From assembly GCF_006345805.1 (NCBI RefSeq), contig NC_043006.1, forward strand, positions 97,526,001-97,590,000: a stretch of 64,000 nt of DNA. The letters run 5' to 3'. Under the pieces are notes generated by a model. It was not told where the DNA came from and ran no database searches. It saw only the letters and a program-made list of their open reading frames with translations. The translations under genes and the position numbers were made by a program. Source of the stretch: Octopus sinensis. Its lineage: Eukaryota. Below, piece by piece: positions 1 through 13,019 of the stretch. Positions within the stretch are counted from its first letter, which is position 1. Every line of letters begins with the position of its first letter.

Positions 1-127
1 TTAGTCGAATGAATGAATCGACCCCAGAGCTTCCTTTTTAAAGCCTGATAGTCATTCTATCAGTCACATTTGCCGAACCGTTAAGTTACGGGAATACAAA
101 CACAACAACACTAGTTGTCAAGGAATG

Positions 128-159
<32 letters not shown>

Positions 160-162
160 TAG

Positions 163-193
<31 letters not shown>

Positions 194-322
194 CAGGTTT
201 CTTATATTTTCCGTCGACCAAATCCACTCAAAGCTTTATTCCACCCGAAGCAATAGTAGAAGACTGAACCCTGAACCATGTGGTTGGGAAGCGAGTTTCT
301 TACCACACAGACACGCCTGCGC
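1..322 (-). mobile_element. tRNA-derived SINE, group C, degenerate, runs off the window start
   Basis: Reverse complement matches the group C copies at 28199, 30815 and 36793 (head ...cttaccacacag, ccaaatccactca, gccgaaccg.taagt, internal CA/CT microsatellite). Confidence 0.8.
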
Positions 323-399
323 CTATTGCGTATACCAATGAGCAATGCCACCTCAGTGTGACCATTCTGCCTGTATTTTAAGGCTTACTATAACTTGGA

Positions 400-1490
400 A
401 TACAGTATGCAATGTTACTTTTCTCTTTTTAAGACATTAGGATGAAGATACAAAGAAATGCTAACTGTTATTTGAGTTGAGTTGTTATGTAAAGGCCCTT
501 TCGTTACTCCTTGCATTAAGGTCCAAAGTGCTAAGTTCGTGTAATCGTATCCATAATGGTTTGCATACGAACTCATTCAATATTAAAATGATTGTATTTT
601 ACGTTTTTCATACATCCCTGTAATTTACTCCTCTATGAAACGTTCATGTTACTTAAATTTGTTTATTTTGTATTTTTGTTGTTTTTGTATACTTGTTATT
701 TTTATCCTGCATGATAACAATTGCAAAAAATGTAATGAATGAGAATTTTTAACACATACTAAATAATAAATAACTTTGGCGTGTTCCTTATTCTGAAAGA
801 TTTTACAAGCAAAACAGTTGAATTCATTATCGATATTATTTTGCTTCGAAAATCTTCCATAATTATTGTTCGGTATCAACTATAATTTTTTTCTCCAATC
901 TTATTCTCCAAAATGTTTATAGAGTTCTGTCTGTTATCTTCCTTGCGTAGTCACATTATCTTTATTTTTATGTTAATCATAATTATATTTTCTTGTATTT
1001 CATATGTAATAGTTAAACATTTACACTTATTTTTATCACTCATGATTTTGTTACCGTTTCTTCCTTATTGATACATGATTGATTATTACTTATGGGGTTT
1101 TTTCTCATTCATGAAGGGTTTTCAAATCTTACTTGTAGTTTATTTTATATGTTTCAAAAAGTTACTATCTTCTGGTATTTTTTGCAATACCAGTATAGAG
1201 AGCTCCCCAAATTATTTTCTTTCAAAGATTAATTTCTCTAATATCTTATCTTGAATTTCTCCTAAAACAAGAATCACATATTTTGTAAAATTACAATAAA
1301 ATGAATATAAGCTTTGTTTCAAGAAGATAAAATATCAATTTAATATTTACCTGATAGATATTTTTCTTTCGATATATTTTAAACACCTTCTTATATAGTG
1401 TATCTGCCACTCTTCCATCTATCTTCTTTCCTTCAGAAATAAATTTTCTATACAACACATGAATTTGAACACTGAATTATTTCTCTCCTT
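400..1490 (-). mobile_element. Possible heavily decayed LINE (L1/Tx1-like) C-terminal fragment
   Basis: Minus strand is A-rich with coding-like, stop-interrupted frames (KILEKLIFERK*FGELSIL; CFACK...KEH). No diagnostic motif is intact. Confidence 0.25.
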
Positions 1491-2819
1491 TTTGAGGATG
1501 GTAGCGGTAGCTTGGTGGAAAAGGATGCAGCTGACGTTAAATTTTAAATACATGCAAGTTTATATTAAGAAAACATAGGCTTTGTGAGAATCTTATAGAA
1601 AGGCAGCCTTGTGGAACGCATTAGGAGTGATTAGAAGCAGCGATGGTGTGGGCTTTGAAAACGAAATTACTTTCCATGGTTAAAATAAATAAGAAATATT
1701 CCAGAAAATAGACATCCTAGCAGGAGACAGTCAGCGTTGCAACTGCAGAAGACAGCTTCTTTATGGAATAAACATATCTTTAAAAAGAATCTATTCAAAA
1801 GAGAAGAAATTAATCAGACTAACATAAACTAAAGTAAACTAAAGTTATATTCCGTGTATATGGACAGCTTTAAAAGACAACCCCAAAATTTACATGTTGC
1901 ACAATGTGGTAACCAAGATTTAAGAAATGAAATCGATATGGTCAATAGACAAACACCAGCCAGGATAAAATATATTCAGAGCAACCAGCGGAGTTATACA
2001 CCAGACTTACCTTGAGTCCTATTACATTACATAATCATAAGGAATATTGGACTGATTATTATGTTAACAAATGTAAATAAAAAAAATATATTAGCCATAT
2101 ATATAGGTACACACAGTTGTTTAGTTAAGACGTTCACCCCGCATCCGTATGGTTTTATATTCGATCCCACTGCCCGCCATCACGGGCAAGAGTCTTCAAC
2201 TGTAGTCTCAAAGGGGCCAATATAGTGTAAGGGAAATGTTTATGGAGGAGAATTGTGCGGAAACATGCTGACTACACACACACACACACACACACACACA
2301 TAAATACACACACAACTCCTAAACACACGCACACCTAAACACTCACAAAGGTACACACACACACATAAACATACACAAACTCATGCACACGCACACACAC
2401 ACACCACACACACACACACCACACACACGTACTAGTTGTACTCGAAGAAATTTGGCGGTTATTTTGAAAAGTGTTAGATAGTTGTAAGGCTATAAAGAAC
2501 CATGAAATATAAAATTTCTTTTGAAACTATTTTCTTGAAACATCTGACTCTTTTGATGGTTTAAACACACACAAAAGTAGTATTGAATAGAGACAGCATC
2601 TTTGAAAGCTTGAGAACTTGATATACACTTGGCATTTCATATATATATATACTTGGAAAAGGATGCATGGCGTTCGATAATATAATAATATAAATAATAT
2701 ATAAATATATGCATAGATACATACATATATGCATATACCTACATATATATGTATATATACATACATATATGGGTACAGGATATCAAAAAACGTTGAACAC
2801 ATACTCATATATATACATA

Positions 2820-2922
<103 letters not shown>

Positions 2923-3056
2923 GTGTATTTGTGTGTGTGTGTATGTATGTGTGTGTGTGTAACCTACGTAATAGACACATAAACAGGACTATTTTAGGTA
3001 ATTCTCAGCAGATTGAAACAAAAATGACTTGCGCGTAAAATAATCCAGTATGTCAT

Positions 3057-3880
3057 CTACATCTCCTGCTGTGGCTGTGTAATCCTATCCCGGACAAACA
3101 AAACCTCTGGCAGGTGACGTAGATGTAGCGAAGACTTTGCCTGACTGGTTGTGATGTCATAGGTTCTTGTCGTCTTTTCTTGTCTTTCCACTTCCCCTCT
3201 CCTCTCTCCCTCTGTCACTCCATTGTATTCCCTCTTCTGTGATGCGTCGCCAATCTCCATGTTTGTTGGCAACCGCTTCCTAGTTGCTAGTATTGATGTC
3301 GTATGCCTTCTCTTTTGCAGACATCCTTGTACCGTAAGAACGGTCTTCCAAGAAACCTAGTGCCCCTGGCAAGCTCTCCGTAGAGTATGTCCTTGAGGAT
3401 TCTGCCATCTTCCATATGACTAACATGTCCAAGCAATCTCATATGTCTTTGTGTGAGGTTTGCAAACATACTTGGTATTCCTGCTTGCTTGAAGACATCT
3501 TTTTTGGGGACACGATCCTGCCATTTGATGCCAAGAATTTTCTGGAGGCATCGCCAATGAAAGATATTTAGGCGACGCTCTTGGCGTGTGTATAGCGTCC
3601 AGATCTCACTGTCATACAGTAGAGTGCTAAGTACACATGGCTGGTAGATCTTCATTTTTGTGATCTTGGTCAGCTTGTTGTTGTCCCATGCCCGTTTGGA
3701 GAGCTGATCCTTCACAGCAGCTACCTTGTCAATGCGTATGTTGAGCTCGGCATCAAGGGATAGACAGTAGGTGACGGTAGAGCCAAGATAGGTAAACATC
3801 TCCAACTCTTGTAGTCTATGGTCTCCAATATGTATGTTTAGGGTCTCCCATGTAGCCTGACCCATGATGCAGTGTTTCTG
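3057..3880 (-). mobile_element. RTE-clade LINE, 3' part of ORF (post-RT region to C-terminus), frameshifted
   Basis: ORF 3287-3883 reads FTYLGST...LSTLLYDSEIWTLY...LLGHVSHMEDGRILKDILYGEL...GRPFLRYKDVCKR. A further frame ends ...GIGLHSHSRRC* at 3057. Both are typical of RTE/BovB-like proteins. Confidence 0.92.
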
Positions 3881-4052
3881 CACAGTAAAAGTGACGGGAA
3901 ACTGTTCAATCTCTAGCTTTTGCGTGCTAAGATCAAAATCAGAAGCGTCCTGATACTCTTCGCTGATGCTATTGCTCTGGTATCACACTCACAAGAAGCT
4001 CTGCAAAGGTTCATCAACTGCTCTGAGCAAGCATGTAGCGACTATGGCTTAC
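3878..4052 (+). mobile_element. Inverted RT segment of the same RTE LINE
   Basis: Plus strand reads LHSKSDGKLFNL*LLRAKIKIRSVLILFADAIALVSHSQEALQRFINCSEQACSDYGL, the FADD catalytic region that normally lies just upstream of KTNIMGQ (seen as KHCIMGQ on minus from 3880). Confidence 0.88.
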
Positions 4053-4105
4053 ACACATACATGTATGTATGTATGTATGTATGTATGTATGTATGTATGT
4101 ATGTG

Positions 4106-4137
<32 letters not shown>

Positions 4138-4823
4138 TCAACAATTGAGGGTAAAATTAATTAGTTATTAATCAATTTCACCAAGTATTCAGTATGTAAA
4201 AGGACCATTTAAGGCGAATTCAAAATATTACATTATATAATTAGGGCTTAGTAAAATAAATTACTTTGCCACATACTGAACTTGCTAGAAATAGCAGCCA
4301 AAAAAAAAAAAAAAGTTTTTTTGCCATTTCCACTACTTAAAGAAAATTTCTCTCAGATAATGTTTACTCAAAATAACTCACGAAGGTATGGAGGTAAAAA
4401 CAGAAAAATATCACAAGTACAAAGATTATTTGAGAACGTTAACGTTTCTAGATTAGCCAAATAAACTCAGCATTTCTTTCGTCAGCTCAACATTTCTTAT
4501 TTTGGATTTGGAAGCACTAAAAAGAAAGAACATACCCTTTGGCGACTTATCACCTCAGATGACCCGTTCAGACTGCCAGTACCAACAAATTCAAAATGTG
4601 CGAGCGAAGATTCCCTGCTCCCTTAACGTTCTCAAATAATCTTTGTACTTGTGATATTTTTCTGTTTTTACCTCCATACCTTCGTGAGTTATTTTGAGTA
4701 AACATTATCTGAGAGAAATTTTCTTTAAGTAGTGGAAATGGCAAAAAATTTTTTTTTTTTTTTGGCTGCCATTTCTAGCAAGTTCAGTATGTGGCAAAGT
4801 AATTTATTTTACTAAGCCCTAAT

Positions 4824-4831
<8 letters not shown>
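4138..4831. mobile_element. (TA)n-anchored foldback element, Penelope-like pseudo-LTR type
   Basis: Near-identical inverted arms 4233-4442 and 4623-4831, 180-bp spacer, (TA)n on both sides, and a hammerhead-like motif at the left arm/spacer junction. The repeat is directly visible; the PLE assignment is inference. Confidence 0.65.
4430..4490 (-). ncRNA. Type I hammerhead-ribozyme-like motif
   Basis: Minus strand: UUGAG-CUGACGA-A-AGA...UCU-A-GAA-ACGU-UA-ACGU-U/CUCAA. Stem I UUGAG/CUCAA is 5 bp, stem III is ACGU/ACGU, predicted cut between 4435 and 4434. Confidence 0.65.
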
Positions 4832-4869
<38 letters not shown>

Positions 4870-5473
4870 TATATATATATTTATATGTATGTATGTATGT
4901 ATGTATCTATCTATATCTATATTATATATATATTATATATATATATATATATATTTATATGTATGTATGTATCTATCTATATCTATATTTATATATATAT
5001 ATGCATACACACACAATCACACGCACACACACACACACACACACACACGCACATATATTACGTAAGTATTTGCATATAACTATACACACGTGTAAACACA
5101 TATAAACAAATATGTATGTATATGAGTATGTATGTATGTATGCATCTATATATGTCTGAGTTCGTATCTGTGTCTTTGTTTATGGTTACTAATAGAAATC
5201 GATGCGTCGAGTCGCGTTCCTTGATATCGAGAAGATTACTTAGCGTTTCGTTAGAGATCAATATAATAAGCACCAGCTTGGAATCTATTCAGTAATCGAT
5301 ATGGACCGACTGTAAACTATCTGATCGGTATTAAAATGTATATTGTGTCAGTAACTCTTTCCTTGCGCTACTATCTATTATCTATACCCTCTAATAGCTG
5401 CATAAAATCCACAAGAAATAGCAACTAAATACCCGTCAAGTACCATACCTTACCGTCTTAAAAATGAAGAATA

Positions 5474-5871
5474 TCTTTATATATACAAGTGAGGTTGTGT
5501 GCTGTCTGTCTCCTACGATTTAGATTCCTAACTACTCCCACATTTTGCGGTGCAGTTTAACCAAAACCGGGTATCTTATAGTCATGATTCAAATCGAGCC
5601 CTTCTGGATATTAGCGCGCGTCTACGATGAGTCTACGATTTAAAAAAAAAATTACCATGAATTTTTCCCATTTTAATGCATTTTTGGCATATATAAGGGA
5701 AGTAACTCTCTAAAAATGTATTATTAAATCTCAGAACGTAAAAAGCTACAGTAACACCCCCCCCCCTTTGTGGTTAGCCATATTGAGATGGCTATTATAC
5801 TTTACATCTCTAAAAATGCTTATATAGTTATTTCCCTTACAAACCCGAGCAACGCCGGGCGATACTGCTTG
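5474..5871 (+). mobile_element. Non-autonomous Helitron
   Basis: Starts A|TC, has a subterminal hairpin CCCGAGCAACGCCGGG, ends CTTG|T (variant of CTAG). Second copy at 47948-48346. Confidence 0.8.
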
Positions 5872-5884
5872 TATTAGATAAAGG

Positions 5885-6127
5885 AAAAAAGTAAAGTTCC
5901 TTCTTGAGTCATATAAACTGATAAGGCCGGTTTCCCGGTTTCGATGGTGAATATATTCCCCCATCTGAATGGAACACTGGTCTGTTGCTGGATGAATAAG
6001 CTTTGCTTGCTCAGTGAACTGGAGCAACGGGAAATGAAGTGTTTTGCTCAAGGACACAACGCGTCGACTGGTCCAGGAATGCCGAATCACAAACCTACGA
6101 TCATGAGTCCAAACACTCTGACCACTA

Positions 6128-6128
<1 letters not shown>
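5885..6128 (-). mobile_element. SINE group B (CORE-like centre) carrying the ggaaaccgggaaaccggcc tail
   Basis: Minus strand has gtgtccttgagcaaaacacttcatttcccgttgctccagttcactgagc as in the 54610 copy. Its tail is shared with group A copies at 9210 and 33221. Confidence 0.75.
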
Positions 6129-6174
<46 letters not shown>

Positions 6175-6200
6175 GCGTGTACATGTGTGTATGTGCGAGT

Positions 6201-6445
6201 ATATCACCGTGATCGGCTAGGCTATCAGATGTTGCTACACATCGCTGGTCACAATGCGCTTCACATTGTTTTAGCCTTCAAATGACGCCACCCGGCTGGC
6301 TAAGCGAGCAGACCAACAGAAGAAAGAGTGAGAGAAAGTTGTGGAGAAAGAGTACAGCAAGGATCGTCACCACCCCCTGCTGGAGCCTCGTGGAGCTTCA
6401 GAGGTTTTCGCTCAATAAACACCCGCAATTACCGGTCTGAAGTGG
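6201..6445 (-). mobile_element. SINE group A, 5'-degenerate, tail type shared with 46402
   Basis: Contains gtttattgagcgaaaacc and aagctccacgaggctcc, plus the tail gtcatttgaaggctaaaacaatg...gtagcaacatctgatagcc. Confidence 0.8.
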
Positions 6446-7194
6446 TCGATATGGTCTGCAATGCAAGAATGGGAGAGATTATTCCGACAGTCTTCTCTCT
6501 ACCATATTTTACTACAAAGACATTAATCAGCCCGAAAGTATGACAGAAGACACTTACCCAAGATGCTGTGCAGTGGAAACAAAGCAGAAGCTATGGAGAT
6601 GTGAAGAAAAACTTCTTCACCACAAAGCATGACTTCTTTTATATCATTCAACATTAGATATTTTCCCAGCCTACTCAGATATCACTAGATCACTACACAT
6701 AGAATGTTTATCTTAATGTTGATTCGATAAATGTGTTTGTTTGGAACAATAAAATACTGGAAGAAATGAGCTAACTGGTGGTTAATCTAAAAGGATTACC
6801 ACAACATTGTTAGCTCGTTGGAAAATCATCACGTCAATTTATCGAAGTTTGATAAAAGATATTGTTGTTATAAAGAGAAACGTGTTCCAAATGGCTTCTC
6901 TAACGCATCGCAGATTTACACAGTGAAAGCATTACATGAAAAGAAGATAACATACTACACATGAAGATGAAGATCAATCCATTCCAAAGACGCTAAGTAG
7001 GGAAACTCAGAGGAAAAAATATAAATTACTATAGAGATAGTGGCATATATAGAATAAAAACTGTTAAGAAATAGAATTATCATCTTTTTTCATCCACTTT
7101 TCAAAGCTCTCCGTCTAATTTTTTCCGGTTATTTCTGTGAGAGAGAACAGCAAACTGTTATCAAAGATCTCATAAAATCTTTTTCCACATACTT

Positions 7195-7550
7195 GCAGCG
7201 GCGAGCTCTGCAGTAACGTTAGGACGCCGGGCGAAATGCGTAGCCGTATTTCGTCTGCCGTTACGCTCTGAGTTCAAATTCCGCCGAGGTCGACTTTGCC
7301 TTTCATCCTTTCGGGGTCGATAAATTAAGTACCAGTTAAGTACCAGCACTGGGGTCGATATAATCGACTTAATCCGTTTGTCTGTCCTTGTTTGTCCCTT
7401 CTGTGTTTAGCCCCTTGTGGGCAATAAAGAAAGAAGAATCGTAAGCACGCTGGACAAAATGCTTAGCAGCATTTCATCAGCCTTTATGTTCTGAGCTCAA
7501 AATTCCTCCTAGGTCGACTGCTTTCGGCGTCGATAAATTAAGTACCAGCC
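7195..7550 (+). mobile_element. SINE group D (Nin/Deu-like centre), one full copy plus an adjacent partial copy
   Basis: B box gagttcaaattcc, centre gcctttcatcctttcggggtcgataaattaagtacc, tail ccccttgtgggcaataaagaaa. Many copies in the window. Confidence 0.88.
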
Positions 7551-7851
7551 ATGCTTCTTCTTCAGCACTCCGTCCGACCCATTAACCACCGACGAACACG
7601 ATGCTTAAGTAACCACACTAGATGTCACAGTATAACACAGTGGGATATTTCAATTTTTCATATCAAACACAATGCTGGATACTGGTACGTGTACATTAAC
7701 TGTTGATAGGGACACGATATTTCGTTATGCAACCGTTATACGCTACCAATATATTAAAGGCGTATAAATCAATACTGTATCCTGCCTGTGTAACTAGTGC
7801 GAATTAGTGACTTTTTGAAGCTATCTCTACAGATTTACTACAGACATTAGA

Positions 7852-7893
<42 letters not shown>

Positions 7894-8879
7894 ATATATA
7901 TATGTATGTGTGTGTGTGTCTGTGTGTGTGTATGTATGTATGTATGTATGTATATATATATATATATATTTGAAGAAAATACAACTGTTCTTTTTAAAAC
8001 TTGAATCTCAAAAGATACTAATGATTATCTTTTATTTATCGCATTGGTTTGGTTTTCGTTATAAAACATCGTTGCACTGGAACGAGAGAGAGAGGTAGAG
8101 AGAGAGAGAGAGAGTGAGAGAGAGGTAAGGGTAGAGAGAGGTAGAGGTAGAGTGAGAGAGAAAGGTAGAGAGAAGTGGAGATAGAGAGAGATAGAGAGAG
8201 AGAGAGAGAGATCCAAACAGCGACACATGCGCAAAACAAAGTGTGAGGCAGACAGACAGGCATATGGGTATATTTAAGGGTGAATGGATCTGACTATGTA
8301 TGCATTTGTCAGTGTGCATATACATACGGAGGTTGTTTATAAATCAAGATTGGGATATTATAATCATATGTTAATCACATACCGACCGCATCGTTTAACG
8401 ACATATACATATGGATATCACTGTTACTATCTACTTTCCATTTAATATATCATTTTTAAAATGTAGTCTTACACTCATTACTCCCTTCATTTTAATATTA
8501 ATCTGCTGAGCATTTGCCCCTGTTCATATTTGCAATATTAAAAAAAAGTTAATGCCTGCCCTATACGGATTGAATATTTAAAAATGGTAAACATCTAATA
8601 TCACCCTGAAGTCTGTTACATTGTAGATATATCATATATTGACGTAACAAATACTACGATTGATATTATTAATATTTCAGTGTTTTGTACGTTTTATTTT
8701 TTCATGCGAAAGCACGACTGAAATTTACTTAGCAACAAGTTCACAATATTTGTTAAGCTATATCATATTATAAATAGTGGAAGAGTCACGTTATTTGCAT
8801 TCATATTAAACGACGTTTTGAAAAAAAAAATTTTATTGAAACTAAATAGGCAACCTCCAGAGAACTGAACTCTATGAAC

Positions 8880-10500
8880 TGCATAGATGATTTTGCTGGA
8901 TGTATTCGTTACGATTCATGATCGGATTAGGATTGATTAGGAAGGAACAAATATGGAGGTTATTATCAGGTAATGCTGCTTCTGGTTCAATATCCAAAAA
9001 TCAAGTTACAAAGAGACCGATGCGTTCAGAAGTTGTGATATTGTATTTTGTTTTAGTCCTAGGGAGCTACAATTTGCACAGGTTCATGTTCATAAGGGCC
9101 CCAGCCTTGAATTCGCTATCTTTTATAGAATAACGTTTCTTTTCCTGCATTACTGGATGTATCGTATTTGTTATTAAGTGATTTAGGGTTTGTATTGCAA
9201 TAGATTTGTGGAGGCACATGGCCTAATGTTTAGAGCAGCGGTCTCGCGATCGAGAGATCGCGGGTTCGAATTTCAGACCAGGCGATGTGTGTGTTTATGA
9301 GCGAAACACCTAAGCTCCACGAGGCTCCGGCAGAAGGTAATGGCGAACTTCTGCTGACTCTTTCGCCACAACTTTCACTCTTTCCACCTGCAACTTGCAG
9401 CTCACCTGCGACGGACCGGCGTCCCGTCCAGGTGGGGAACCTATACGCCAAGGAAACCGGGAAACCGGCCCTTATGGGCCTTATACGTCATTGAGATTAG
9501 TATGCTTTCACTGAAGTTTAAGAACGAAGTTTTGTTAGTTTATATTTCTATAGTATTTTCCCCTTTCTTGTTGATTAGTATTTTTATTTGGTTTCTAATT
9601 TTCTTAAGGATTGACATTTTCTTTCTTTTATTTTCTACTTTTCCTGGATATTAGTTTCCCATACTGTTTGTGTAGGTAGTGATACTCCTATTTGGATGGA
9701 TTTGAGGGAGTATCCACTTTCCTTTGCGACCAGAGAGGGTGCCGAATATATTATTTTATTTAACCTGGTCATATTGACGTTTGTTTCTGTTGCAATTAAA
9801 TCTATGACAACCAAATTCTATTATTAAATCCAGTTTTCTGCGGTTTTTAACTGCTTGATTATGCTCAGTTTCCAGGTATCATAATCCTTGTTTCCGAATC
9901 AATTTGTTCCCAGTTTTTAGGTTTGCTTCCTCTTTATTGTTTTATTTGTCTTGTTCTGATTTGGTGTATTTTTGTTATCATTACGCATTCCTGTGGTTTG
10001 AGTTTGCCTCGTTACTTACTTCGTTTTCGTTGCCTAACTTCGTGTTTAACATTTTCAATATTTATGTTATTGCCAAGTGTTCTATGGTCAGTATTTGCGT
10101 TTTCGTAATGCAGTCAGTTTTTTTTTTAAATTCTCTATTTCAATTTCTGATATCTCTCTCGTTTTGTGAATGTATCTTCTTATGTTGGTCGGTTTGTTAG
10201 GGTTCATGGATATATCCAAATCTGGGTTATTTTTTCTTTTGTATCTTCGTTTTCTGGGTAGAATACTGCTATAATATAAGTGTGAAAGATAGAAACATAT
10301 ACCTCTTGAGTCCACATATTTTTTTGATTTTATTTGCGGGGCGTGATTATATTTGTGGGGCCCTTTATTTCGATTGTCATAATTTTCATAGGGAGTGATC
10401 CTCTCATTGCTGGTTTTAAAGAGTTTAGCAAGTGTAATTTTTTGTACTTTTTGTGTGGGCTGAATACTACGGCTGTTATTAAAATTTTTCATAATTTTTT
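8880..10500 (-). mobile_element. Possible decayed 5' half of a LINE (ORF1-like plus start of APE-like domain), interrupted by a SINE
   Basis: K/N-rich ORF 10088-10492 with a coiled-coil-like end, and ANCSSLGLKQNTISQLL near 9050-9100 resembling an APE N-terminus. Many stops. Confidence 0.3.
9210..9480 (+). mobile_element. SINE group A
   Basis: tRNA-like head (tggcctaatgtttag A box, ggttcgaatttc B box), gagcgaaacacctaagctccacg, tail ggaaaccgggaaaccggccc. Confidence 0.9.
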
Positions 10501-10759
10501 TGTGTGTGTGTGATGGAGGGGGCGGAGCCAGTTAGTCGCTAATATGAACCGTAATCTGGCGATCGTGTTTATATGTGTTGAGTGAATGATGGAAATTGTA
10601 AAGATTTATAATCCATCATTTAATGTGGGAAATAGGGTCCAACTGTTCCTTAGTGTTTGTTGTTTCTAATCCCAACGTTCTTTGGACAGCTTTCGGAGGA
10701 ATGATTTATCTATCGTTCTCACAGGTTAAACGTCCACGGTGTCTTCTTATTGCCTTTGT

Positions 10760-11042
10760 AATGATAATAATAATAATAATATTAGTAGTAGTAGTAGTAA
10801 TAATAATAATGATGATAATAATAATAATAGTAATAATGATAATAATAATAATAATAATAATATTAATAATAATAGTAATAGTAGTAGTAGTAGTAGTAAT
10901 AATAATGATAAAAATAATAATAGTAATAATAGTAGTAGTAGTAGTAATAATAATGATAAAAATAATAATAGTAATAATAGTAGTAGTAGTAGTAATAATA
11001 ATGATAAAAATAATAATAGTAATAGTAGTAGTAGTAGTAGTG

Positions 11043-11073
<31 letters not shown>

Positions 11074-11150
11074 CAGTAGTAGTAGTAATAATAATAATGA
11101 TAATAATAATAATAGTAATAATAATAATAATAAGTATTATTATTATTATT
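10760..11150. repeat. Compound (AAT)/(AGT)n microsatellite with a 48-bp higher-order unit
   Basis: The unit appears about three times, visible as KNNNSNNSSSSSNNND repeats in the ORF track. Confidence 0.95.
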
Positions 11151-11790
11151 TTCATTCTCATCTTCTTTCAGTTCTGTTTCCATTTCTGTTTCCATTACTG
11201 GGTGTCTTCCTGACATCTAGGGCAGAGAAATGCACTGAATACGTTGGTAGGCCATTAAAATAACCACACCAAATTGTCCATTTACGAAGTTATAGGATAG
11301 AGAAAAATGGAAAAAAGCTAGAAATATAAAAAATGGAAAATAAAAAAGCAAACAAAGAAAATAAAGGGGAAAAGAGAAAGAAAATTCACAGCGACAATGC
11401 TCTTCTCAATACAAGTTGTGACTTATCAGTTAAGGCAATCTTTTGCACTTCCTGTATGGATAGTAAGCCAGGGATCATTCTTAAATAATTTTCAGTTCAT
11501 TTTTTTTATCATTCCAAGTGCACCTGCAATCACGAGTATTGTAACCGTCTTGAGATGCCACATCTTTTCGATTTCGATTAGCAAATTATAATATTTCCTG
11601 AGTTTATCAAATTCTTTTGCTAAGATATTATGGTCACAGGATATGCTCATGTCAAAGAATAAATAGACTTTATTGGATTGGTCTTTCAGAATAATATCTA
11701 ATTTGTTTGCTTTGATGGTCTGTATATACTGAGAAATCCCAAAGAATAGTTACATTTTCTCCTTCAGTTACAGCTTGTACCATTTGTTAG
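11137..11790 (-). mobile_element. R4/Dong-like (restriction-like endonuclease) LINE, 3' fragment with (AAT)n tail
   Basis: Minus strand reads approximately ENVTILWDFSV...(P)DIILKDQSNKVYLFFDMSISCDHNILAKEFDKLRKY...EIEKMWHLKTVTILVIAGALGMIKK, a PD-(D/E)xK RLE domain, followed by a T-rich 3' UTR and an AAT tail. Confidence 0.85.
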
Positions 11791-11896
11791 CAGTTTTGAT
11801 TTTATAATGCCGACACATAAGAGTATGTGTGTTGACTGATATAACGAACGGCTGGAGGTGAAACTCTTGACAAACCTTCTTCTTCTTCTTCTTCTG

Positions 11897-11967
<71 letters not shown>

Positions 11968-12001
11968 TTTGTTATTATCATTATTATTATCATTATTATT
12001 A

Positions 12002-12035
<34 letters not shown>

Positions 12036-12036
<1 letters not shown>

Positions 12037-12278
12037 GAGTGAGAGAGTAGAGCATGCCATCAAAGTGACATTGGGGTAAAATATACGAAGCTCAGTATAC
12101 CGATCATCACTACCCGTCTGATAAGGGTACACCGGGCACATGTATCACAGCCATATGTAGGCGACATTGTGATCTCATATCAAGATTAGCAGCGCAAGAC
12201 CTGCAAGGTGGGGCCCAGTTAGAATATTCATTAGGTAGAGCAGCCCATCTCCCTCAACCAGTCCCTGAAGAAGGGATG
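12036..12278 (-). mobile_element. Non-coding (AAT)n-anchored interspersed element, 3' half
   Basis: Abuts (ATT)n at 11890-12035. Homologous to 23795-24465 and overlaps 61600-61682 (gatgggct.ctc.acct...ggccccacct). Confidence 0.75.
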
Positions 12279-13019
12279 TGTGAGTATATTTAAAGTTATA
12301 TATGAATGTGCATCCGATTCGATAAATGAAAGAATGAAATAAGAAACAACTGAAATTAGCGCAAGTTTGCATCTAATCGTTTAAACACTTCCAATGTGTT
12401 GCGTCAGTTTGGCCAAAGCTCAATGACTCAAACGAATAAAAACAATGAACTTCTGGCAATTAATGTCTGCTAAAGTTTTCCTTTATTTTGTCTTAAGTAT
12501 TCAGAGGTGAGAAAAATGCTTTGTTTTATTTCTAACTGCGAGAATATGAAAATGTGCAGAGGACTTGGCGATGGAAAAGTGTGAAACATCTCAACTGTCC
12601 ACCCGTTTCAAAAAGAACGGGAGAGATACGTCTCTCTTTTTTTCTCTCTCTCTCTCTCTCTCTCTGTCACTCTCTCTGTCACTCACACAAACAAACACAC
12701 ACACACACACACACCACACACACACGCACAAAGGCATGCAGTCACTCATGTTTTTCCTCTTCCCATAATAACACATCATCACAGAAGATAATGCAGTCAT
12801 AAACGGTGATTAAAATACTCGAAGCGAATAGTTCCAGTTTTGGCGAATATAATAATACTTAAAAGTAACAATCGAGCGGAAATACAAATAAAAACTAAAA
12901 CAACAACAACAACAACGACAAAATACTCCAGACATTTTTGCTGTTAAGAAGGAAACGTAAACGTCAACAGCACCAGTCCGCAATGTATTACTAGTACTTA
13001 TATTAACCTGTGTTTTTAT

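Noticed and set aside
2590-2625. TTGAATA-GAG...CTT-TGAAAGCTT as a hammerhead relic
   Set aside because: Too many core mismatches to support.
10088-10492. 134-aa ORF as a host gene
   Set aside because: No splice context or known domain; composition and neighbours fit a decayed LINE ORF1 better.
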